Shown: in pieces, positions 24,470 to 31,252 of the stretch | How the letters are laid out: every line of letters starts with the position of its first letter | Numbering within the stretch: the stretch's first letter is position 1 | DNA from: Pseudodesulfovibrio piezophilus C1TLV30 | GTDB lineage: Bacteria > Desulfobacterota > Desulfovibrionia > Desulfovibrionales > Desulfovibrionaceae | Assembly: GCF_000341895.1 (NCBI RefSeq) | Contig: NC_020409.1 | Span: forward strand, 1,230,001 to 1,262,000 | Reading direction: 5' to 3' | Length of the DNA: 32,000 nucleotides | The notes under the pieces: generated by a model | What the model was told of the DNA's origin: nothing | The model's input: only the letters and a program-made list of their open reading frames with translations | The model's database searches: none | Translations under genes and position numbers: made by a program

Positions 24470-25705
24470 TTATGCCTCGGGTTCATTGTAGCGACCGTAC
24501 CAGACAACGTCCCGATAGACTCCGGGATCAGTATCTCCTTCGGTGCTGAATGCCAGAACAGTTGATTTTTCGTTCAATTCCAGCATGGCCTTGAGGTCCG
24601 CATATTCAGGGCTCTTCATGATCCTTTCGAGCACACCCACGCCAACGGCCCCGGACTCACCGCTGACCACTGCAGTGTCACCGGAAAGAGGATTACCCAG
24701 AATTCGCATACCATTGGCCGTCGCCCACTCCGGGGCACTAATAAACCCATAGGTCAGCTGTTTCAGGATCTTGTTGCCAAGAGGATTTTGCTCACCACAG
24801 GCCAATCCGGCCATAATGGTGATCAGATCGCCTGTCTTGGTCACATCCGCGCCCTTCAAGGCACTCCCGTAATAGCAATCAGCCACATCGGCCTCGACGA
24901 GAATAATCTTAGGGCATTTTTCTTTATAAAGAGTCCGCAGAGATTCAGCGATAACACCGGCAAAAGCACCGACTCCAGCCTGAATAAAAACATGGGTCGG
25001 GATGGTCTCGCCCAGATCGGCACTGAATTCCTGGGCAATGGTGGAATATCCCTGCATGATCCAGCGAGGGACATCCTCGTACCCTTCCCAGGCCGTGTCC
25101 TGAATAACCAGCCAATTTTCCTGTTTGGCCTTGTCCGCCACAAAACGCACGGTTTCATCATAGTTCAGGTCGGTGACAGTGGCCTCAGCTCCCTCAGCCA
25201 GGATATGATCCACCCTGGCCTGTGTCGTTCCCTTGGGCATGAAGATGAAGACAGGCAACCCCAATTGTCGCCCCATCCAGGCGACGCCACGGCCATGGTT
25301 GCCATCGGTTGCTGCTGCCAGTTTGATATGAGGAAGTTCCTTATGCACTCGTTTTTTCATTTCTGGAAAAGGCAAAGAGCAAAGGGGTTCTCCCAACTCG
25401 TTGGCAAGAGCCTTGCCAACAGCATAGGAAGCCCCAAGCACCTTGAAAGAATTCAAGTTGAACCGACTGGATTCATCCTTGACAAAAAGCTGATTCACTC
25501 CAACAAATTCGGCCAGGCCATCAAGCGAATACATCGCGCTTTTCCTGTATTCCAAGAAAGATTCATGAAATGTCTTCACTTCGTTCAAGACATCATCATT
25601 TATCAGTTCAGGCTCATAGGCTTGCAGGACCTGATTTCCGTTTTTCAAAGCTTTTATCTTCATTCTCAATTCTTCCTTGGTAAGATTCTTGATGTCGAAC
25701 ATCAT
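24470..25705 (-). CDS. dpaL: Diaminopropionate ammonia-lyase (PLP-dependent, YgeX/DpaL)
   Basis: 411 aa. PLP-Lys region KDESSRFNLNSFKVLGASYAV, then ATDGNHGRGVAW and a Gly-rich loop GVGAFAG. It is the first gene of the co-directional cluster. Confidence 0.85.
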   Translation of the reverse strand: MMFDIKNLTKEELRMKIKALKNGNQVLQAYEPELINDDVLNEVKTFHESFLEYRKSAMYSLDGLAEFVGVNQLFVKDESSRFNLNSFKVLGASYAVGKALANELGEPLCSLPFPEMKKRVHKELPHIKLAAATDGNHGRGVAWMGRQLGLPVFIFMPKGTTQARVDHILAEGAEATVTDLNYDETVRFVADKAKQENWLVIQDTAWEGYEDVPRWIMQGYSTIAQEFSADLGETIPTHVFIQAGVGAFAGVIAESLRTLYKEKCPKIILVEADVADCYYGSALKGADVTKTGDLITIMAGLACGEQNPLGNKILKQLTYGFISAPEWATANGMRILGNPLSGDTAVVSGESGAVGVGVLERIMKSPEYADLKAMLELNEKSTVLAFSTEGDTDPGVYRDVVWYGRYNEPEA

Positions 25706-25897
25706 TCTTGCAGTATTTCCGGAAACACTCGAAAATTCACTTTATCGAAAATATCCCTTCTCCGACAAGGTGCTCTTCACACCGGCCCACGACAGATATT
25801 CCTTCATCGCACAACAACCACTCTCCGCCATCAGGGACATTGGAATGCCTGTCACTAATGTAGTTTTTCTTCACAGAGAAAGTCACTCTACGAAAGG

Positions 25898-25939
25898 CTG
25901 TCCGATTTCTTAGAAATTAAAAATTCACATTTCGGACAG
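25898..25939. promoter_or_regulatory. Inverted repeat CTGTCCGA-N26-TCGGACAG upstream of dpaL
   Basis: Read directly from the sequence. It lies 193-234 nt upstream of the dpaL ATG. The spacer contains the mini-palindrome TTTCT-T-AGAAA. Confidence 0.45.
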
Positions 25940-26255
25940 ACTTACTTTTGATCAAATTTATTTAACCTGTCTAAAGGCATTAGCCCCCCAAAGTGCTCAC
26001 GTCAATAAAACAGACGTTTAAAATAACATTTCAATTTAATTTATTTACTCAAAGTAAATCTATGAAGCCATGGTTCTCCCCCTCTTTTCGCTCTAAAAAA
26101 AGGGGGATATCTAACCGTACCAAATCGGCACTTGGTGACGCAGAGCACGAATAAGAATAGGAATACTTGATAAGTATGCCGACAGGCGAGGGGCGAGTGC
26201 GCCCTATGAAAAGATGAAATCAAGAAAGACGGGACCCTTGACACAGAACCGCATA

Positions 26256-26282
26256 AGAAAAGCCCACCGAGGCAGTGGGCTT
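26256..26282 (-). terminator. Rho-independent terminator of the PEBP-like gene
   Basis: On the - strand: AAGCCCAC-tgcctcg-GTGGGCTT followed by TTCTTAT. It begins about 19 nt after the stop at 26301. Confidence 0.7.
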
Positions 26283-26300
26283 GAATCGCGAATCCAGTTT

Positions 26301-26717
26301 TTATTTGGGTGGGTACTGCCTCTCGGCTTTTCCCTCTCCCAACAAAATATCACCTTCAGTATTTACAGCCTTGACCGTAAATTCATAGTCATGAGAGCCA
26401 CTAGGGGGACACGGTCCCTTGTAGCTCAATGCTCCTGCCGGAATGAGTTCTTCCCCTACATATTCAACACTCCCTCCACCATGATTGTACGGCGGAACAT
26501 CGAGGTCTTTCATCTTAAAGAGTAACGTCTTGGTTCCTTCCGGGACTCCTTTGATAATGAAAGCAGGAGATTTCGATGAGCACTTATTGACTCCCGATTA
26601 TGAAAAATCAACATCCAATGCGGAATAATTCATTGATTTTTGCATTGTTTTACAACCTGCTGCCAGTACAACAAAGCACACTGAAAATGCGGCAACAATT
26701 GTCAATAATTTGTTCAT
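26301..26717 (-). pseudogene. PEBP/YbhB-like lipoprotein gene interrupted by one in-frame TAA (26598-26600)
   Basis: A single frame reads MNKLLTIVAAFSVCFVVLAAGCKTMQKSMNYSALDVDFS*SGVNKCSSKSPAFIIKGVPEGTKTLLFKMKDLDVPP...GPCPPSGSHDYEFTVKAVN. Strong RBS GGAGGT 5 nt upstream of ATG 26717. Lipobox LAAGC. PEBP-type motifs lie on both sides of the stop. Confidence 0.65.
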
Positions 26718-26821
26718 CTCTACCTCCATGGGAGTATTTTTTTTCGAGGTTTGTTTGGCAGCCTGACTGTACTAGTATGAATAATTACTATCTTTACAAT
26801 TATTTTATGGCAATTAAAATA

Positions 26822-26837
26822 GATAGTTATCACTATC
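26822..26837. promoter_or_regulatory. Palindrome GATAGT-TATC-ACTATC in the divergent intergenic region
   Basis: Read directly from the sequence. It shares the GATAG/CTATC core with the sites at 27148-27191 and 27305-27310. Confidence 0.4.
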
Positions 26838-27147
26838 AACGAATTATTTCCTTCCATATAAACTCTCAGCAGACGGCATTATTACCGCCCCGCAATTCCT
26901 CCTCTTCGCCATAAGAATGCCATGTTGTCGGGGATTGGCCCGCACATGTTTCTGCACTTTCAAACCGCCAGTATCGGGTAAAGAAGAGACTCTCCCACCA
27001 CGACGATCAAAAACTGGAAAGGATTCCCCCTCCCTTCAGCTCCGTCCACGAAAGATACGACACGACATGCGCACGCCATCCTCACATCGTCCTCATTACA
27101 ATGAAACGACACTAAAAAGGCTTTGTTTTTTCAATCTCATTTTTCAC

Positions 27148-27191
27148 ATATGATAGATTTTGTCTATCATATAAATCGATATAATCTATCA
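27148..27191. promoter_or_regulatory. Operator-like perfect palindrome ATATGATAGA-N5-TCTATCATAT plus a third TCTATCA half-site
   Basis: Arms at 27148-27157 and 27163-27172. An extra TCTATCA lies at 27185-27191. The element is about 200-240 nt upstream of the fdhA ATG in AT-rich DNA. Confidence 0.5.
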
Positions 27192-27388
27192 ATAAACTCC
27201 ATAAATAAAATGCGTTAGCACAAAAACCTCCTTTTTTAGGGCGTAATACTTTTTCACTTTTTTTATATGTGCTTATTTTAACATATTGTAATAATTGATT
27301 TTTTTGATAGCCTTACCCAAATACTCAAGATCCATTTCTTAATTTTGCAGTGGCGATCTCGCCCTTGCTCAACCAAGGAGGCCATCTC

Positions 27389-30300
27389 ATGAAATGTGAC
27401 CGCCGAAGATTTTTGAAACTGACTGCCTCGTCGGCAGCGTATCTCTCCCTAGCTCAAATCGGGGTCAGCCTGACACCGATCAAAAGTTACGCTGCGGGAC
27501 TGAAAATTGACGGAGCAAAGGAAATTCTGACTGTCTGTCCATTTTGTTCCGTGAGTTGTTTCGCTATCGGCTACGTAAAGGACGGAAAATTGGTCAGTGT
27601 CGAGGGCGACCCGGACTACCCCATCAACGAAGGCTCTCTTTGCGCCAAGGGTGCGGCCATGTTCACCATGACTACATCCCATCACAGGGTCCAAAAACCC
27701 ATGTATCGAGCACCTTTCAGTGACAAATGGGAAGAAAAAAGCTGGGACTGGATGATCGAGCGCATTGCCCGCAAGGTCAAAGAGACTCGCGATAAGGAAT
27801 TTGTCTCCAAAAATGAAGCGGGCCAGCAAGTCAATCGCCTGGAGTCCATGTTCCTGATGGGAACATCCCACGCCAGCAACGAGGAATGTGCGCTGACGCA
27901 CCAATTTGCCAGAGGGCTCGGCGTGGTCCACATGGACCACCAGGCTCGCGTATGCCACAGTTCCACCGTGGCTGCTCTGGGAGAAAGTTTCGGCCGGGGT
28001 GCCATGACCAATCACTGGATCGACATCAAGAATGCCGACTCCATTCTGATCATGGGGAGCAATGCTGCGGAGCATCACCCGATTTCTTTCAAGTGGGTCC
28101 TCCGAGCCAAAGACAAAGGGGCCACTGTCATGCATGTGGACCCGAAATTCTCACGGACCTCGGCCCGCTCGAACTTTCATGTCCCCCTTCGTTCCGGCAC
28201 GGACATCGCCTTCCTGGGTGGGATGATCAAACATATCATCGACAACGAAAAATACTTCAAGGATTACGTGGTCGAATACACGAATGCTTCACTCATCGTG
28301 GGCAAGGACTTCGATTTCAAGGATGGTCTGTTCTCTGGCTTCGACCCCAAAACTCGTTCCTATGACAAAAGCAAGTGGAACCTAGAGCTTGATTCCCAAG
28401 GCATCCCCAAACGCGATAAATCGCTTCAGAACCCACGTTGCGTCTTCCAGTTGCTCAAAAAACATTACTCCCGCTATTCCCTGGACAAAGTTGCTGCAAC
28501 CACAGGTGTGCCAGAAGAGACTCTGCTCCGGGTATACAAGACCTATACCGCCACCGGGACAGCGACCAAGGCCGGAACAATCCTCTACGCACTTGGTTGG
28601 ACCCAGCATACCGTGGGCGTGCAGAACATCCGTACTTCCGGCATCATTCAGCTCTTGCTGGGCAACATAGGCATTGCCGGGGGCGGTATTAATGCCCTTC
28701 GTGGCGAACCCAACGTCCAAGGGTCCACCGACCATGCTCTACTTTACCACATCCTTCCCGGCTACATGGCCATGCCGTGTGGGGACTGGGACACCTACGA
28801 CACATATAATAAAGCCAACACGCCGATCAGCAACGATCCGGAGTCCGCCAACTGGTGGCAACACAAGCCTCAGTATTTCGCCTCCCTGCTCAAAGGATGG
28901 TTCGGAGAGAACGCAACCAAAGCCAATGGTTTCTGCTATGAACTTCTCCCCAAGGTGGACAAGGGAGGTGACTATTCCTACCTGTTCATGTTTGACCGCA
29001 TGTACCAAGGGAAAATGACAGGCGGTTTCTTCATGGGACTCAATCCCATGAACAGCGTCCCCAACACCAACAAAATCCGCAAGGCCATGGATAACCTCGA
29101 CTGGGTTGTCTGTGCCGAGCTGCATAATTCGGAGACTACCGACAACTGGCATCGCCCCGGTGTCGATCCCAAGGATGTCAAGACCGAGTTCTTCCTGCTG
29201 CCTTCTGCCCACCGTCTGGAAAAAAGCGGCTCCGTGACCAACTCCGGTCGCTGGCTCCTGTGGCACGGCCAAGCTGTTCCTCCTCAGTATGAGGCCCGCC
29301 CATTCGGGGAAATGTACATCCCGATCATGAACAAGGTGCGCGAACTCTATGCCAGGGAAAGCGGTACCTTTCCTGATCCGATACTCAAGCTTGACTGGCC
29401 GGAACGTTATGATCCTGAAGATTTGTGCCAACGTATCAATGGCCGATTTACCCATGACACAGTCGTCAAAGGCAAAAAATACTCCAAAGGACAGCAGGTT
29501 CCATCCTTCGCCTCCCTGGCGGATGACGGCTCAACATCCAGTTTGAACTGGCTCTACTGTGGAAGCTGGACCGAAGAGGGAGGGAACAAATGTCTGCGCC
29601 GTGACCCGAAACAGACCCCGATGCAGAAAAAAATCGGTCTCTATCCCAACTGGTCATGGTGCTGGCCGGTCAACCGCCGCATTCTCTACAATCGTGCTTC
29701 CGTGGACCTTGAAGGGAATCCGTTCAACCCGGAAAAAGCTGTTATCGCATGGAAAGATGGCAAATGGGTTGGAGACGTACCCGACGGCGGATGGCCGCCA
29801 ATGGCAACGGGCAAAGGAAAATATCCCTTCATCATGCATCAGCACGGCTTGGGGCACCTCTTTGGGCCCGGCAGACAGGATGGTCCATTCCCGGAACATT
29901 ACGAACCTGTGGAGACACCAGTAAAGAGCAATTTGTTCTCCAAGCAGCTTAACAGCCCTGTCTACAAGTTCACATCAAGCGCGCCGGATCTTCTCGCCAA
30001 ACCAGCGGACCCGAAGTTCCCCATTGTACTCACTACCTACAGCCTCACCGAACACTGGTGTGGCGGTGGTGAAACCCGCAATGTCCCCAACCTGCTCGAA
30101 GCCGAGCCACAGCTCTACGTGGAAATGAGCCCGGAACTGGCAGAGGAAAAGGACATCAAGAATGGGGAGGTTATCATTGTCGAGAGTATCCGAGGTAAGG
30201 TTGAAGCCGTTGCCATGGTCACTGTCCGCATGCGCCCGTTAAAGGTTCACGGTCGAATCATCCATGAAATAGGTATGCCCTACTGCTTTGGCTGGACCAC

Positions 30301-30433
30301 TCCGGGAAGCGGCGACTCCACTAACAGGCTGACACCTTCAGTGGGTGATCCCAACACGACCATTCCGGAATACAAGGCGAGTTGCGTGAATATTCGCAAG
30401 GCGAAAAAAACCACAGAGCTGGCCACCCCATAA
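27389..30433 (+). CDS. fdhA: Periplasmic formate dehydrogenase catalytic subunit (FdnG/FdhA-like), cysteine variant
   Basis: Tat signal MKCDRRRFLKLTASSAAYL. Fe-S motif CPFCSVSC...C. Active-site stretch HQARVCHSSTVAALGESFGRGAMTNHW. Start placed at ATG 27389 (AAGGAGG upstream) rather than GTG 27350. Confidence 0.9.
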   Translation: MKCDRRRFLKLTASSAAYLSLAQIGVSLTPIKSYAAGLKIDGAKEILTVCPFCSVSCFAIGYVKDGKLVSVEGDPDYPINEGSLCAKGAAMFTMTTSHHRVQKPMYRAPFSDKWEEKSWDWMIERIARKVKETRDKEFVSKNEAGQQVNRLESMFLMGTSHASNEECALTHQFARGLGVVHMDHQARVCHSSTVAALGESFGRGAMTNHWIDIKNADSILIMGSNAAEHHPISFKWVLRAKDKGATVMHVDPKFSRTSARSNFHVPLRSGTDIAFLGGMIKHIIDNEKYFKDYVVEYTNASLIVGKDFDFKDGLFSGFDPKTRSYDKSKWNLELDSQGIPKRDKSLQNPRCVFQLLKKHYSRYSLDKVAATTGVPEETLLRVYKTYTATGTATKAGTILYALGWTQHTVGVQNIRTSGIIQLLLGNIGIAGGGINALRGEPNVQGSTDHALLYHILPGYMAMPCGDWDTYDTYNKANTPISNDPESANWWQHKPQYFASLLKGWFGENATKANGFCYELLPKVDKGGDYSYLFMFDRMYQGKMTGGFFMGLNPMNSVPNTNKIRKAMDNLDWVVCAELHNSETTDNWHRPGVDPKDVKTEFFLLPSAHRLEKSGSVTNSGRWLLWHGQAVPPQYEARPFGEMYIPIMNKVRELYARESGTFPDPILKLDWPERYDPEDLCQRINGRFTHDTVVKGKKYSKGQQVPSFASLADDGSTSSLNWLYCGSWTEEGGNKCLRRDPKQTPMQKKIGLYPNWSWCWPVNRRILYNRASVDLEGNPFNPEKAVIAWKDGKWVGDVPDGGWPPMATGKGKYPFIMHQHGLGHLFGPGRQDGPFPEHYEPVETPVKSNLFSKQLNSPVYKFTSSAPDLLAKPADPKFPIVLTTYSLTEHWCGGGETRNVPNLLEAEPQLYVEMSPELAEEKDIKNGEVIIVESIRGKVEAVAMVTVRMRPLKVHGRIIHEIGMPYCFGWTTPGSGDSTNRLTPSVGDPNTTIPEYKASCVNIRKAKKTTELATP

Positions 30434-30448
30434 GATAAGGAGAACATC

Positions 30449-31183
30449 ATGTCCAAAACAATACTGATAGACACCTCTCGCTGCACGGCATGTCGCGGGT
30501 GTCAGATAGCATGCAAGGAATGGCATGAACTGCCAGCCAACAAAACCTACCAAGTCGGCTGGGGAAGCCATCAAAATCCGCAAGACCTGAACCCCAACAA
30601 CTATAAACTCGTGCGTTTCAGTGAACACCTCGACAACGGCGTGGTCCGCTGGAACTTCTTCCCCGATCAATGCCGCCATTGTGACATCGCACCATGCAAA
30701 GAAACCGGTGATATGTATATTGAGGAAGCCATCGTCCAGGATGAGCAGACTGGAGCCATTGTCTACACTGCCAATACCAAGGGATTCACCAAGGAACAGT
30801 TTGAGGAAATTCGGGAATCGTGCCCATATAATATCCCCAGACGCCATGAAGAAACCGGGATAATGGCCAAGTGTACCATGTGCAATGACCGCATCCATAG
30901 TGGGATGCCGCCGGTTTGCGTCAAGTCCTGCCCGACAGGAGCCATGCAGTTTGGCGACCGGGAAGAAATGCTCAAACTCGCCGAATCTCGCCTGGCCACA
31001 CTCAAAAAGGAATGGCCCGACGCCATGCTGGCTGATCCTGATTCAGTCAACGTCATCTACCTGCTGATAGACACAGCTGAGAATTATCACAAATATGCCG
31101 TGGCACAGGCTGAGATGACTCCCATGTCCAAACAACAATTCCTGGCTACCCTGGCACGCCCCTTCAAGGCAATGAAAGGCTAA
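30449..31183 (+). CDS. fdhB: Formate dehydrogenase Fe-S subunit (FdhB), soluble type with no membrane helix
   Basis: 244 aa. Motifs: CTACRGCQIACKEW, CRHCDIAPC, CTMCNDR and CVKSCPTGA. RBS AAGGAG upstream. It starts 15 nt after fdhA. Confidence 0.88.
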   Translation: MSKTILIDTSRCTACRGCQIACKEWHELPANKTYQVGWGSHQNPQDLNPNNYKLVRFSEHLDNGVVRWNFFPDQCRHCDIAPCKETGDMYIEEAIVQDEQTGAIVYTANTKGFTKEQFEEIRESCPYNIPRRHEETGIMAKCTMCNDRIHSGMPPVCVKSCPTGAMQFGDREEMLKLAESRLATLKKEWPDAMLADPDSVNVIYLLIDTAENYHKYAVAQAEMTPMSKQQFLATLARPFKAMKG

Positions 31184-31200
31184 AACCTCAACTCATCCCA

Positions 31201-31230
31201 GGCGGGACACCTTCCGTATGGTGTCCCGCC
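31201..31230 (+). other. Perfect 11-bp stem-loop between fdhB and fdhE
   Basis: GGCGGGACACC-ttccgtat-GGTGTCCCGCC. It lies 18 nt after the fdhB stop. No T-run follows it. Confidence 0.6.
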
Positions 31231-31252
31231 CATAAAGGTGCGGAGCAATCAT

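Noticed and set aside
17747-25858. Long + strand ORFs 17747-18589, 19330-20349, 20361-20852, 21689-22843, 23886-24491 and 24788-25858
   Set aside because: Each lies antisense to a strongly supported - strand gene (preA-like, ssnA, hydantoinase-like, D-aminoacylase-like, ygeY, dpaL). None shows a recognisable motif. This is typical antisense frame openness.
25677-25913. 78-aa + strand ORF overlapping the dpaL start, and a 32-codon - strand uORF (25742-25840, MSLMAESGCCAMKEYLSWAGVKSTLSEKGYFR)
   Set aside because: Neither has a convincing RBS or any recognisable motif. The uORF could be a leader peptide, but nothing in the sequence, such as codon runs tied to a sensed metabolite, supports that.
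25706-26000. Known riboswitch classes (glycine, ZTP, purine, Moco) in the dpaL, permease and fdhA leaders
   Set aside because: I could not find the conserved cores I remember: GGAGAG...CCGAAGG.GCAA for glycine, CCGCCUGGGC for ZTP, UUUCUACC...CCGUAAA for purine. A covariance-model scan is needed before making any claim.
26041-27153. Intergenic ORFs 26041-26244 (-), 26600-26914 (+) and 26917-27153 (+)
   Set aside because: The first lies across hairpins and palindromes of the dpaL control region. The second is antisense to the PEBP-like gene's 5' part and its RBS. The third has a Pro/Arg/Ser-rich translation with no RBS.
27172-27195. ModE (molybdate regulator) box upstream of fdhA
   Set aside because: Only a half-site-like ATCGATATAAT is present. 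The expected inverted partner, TATATAnCGAT at 6-7 nt spacing, is absent on either side.
27350-30433. Selenocysteine recoding or a SECIS element in fdhA
   Set aside because: The frame has no internal TGA, and the ligand codon is TGC (27953-27955). No SECIS element is needed or sought.
27449-30898. - strand ORFs inside fdhA/fdhB (27449-28135, 28739-29455, 30338-30898)
   Set aside because: They are antisense to the uninterrupted, motif-rich fdhA and fdhB frames.
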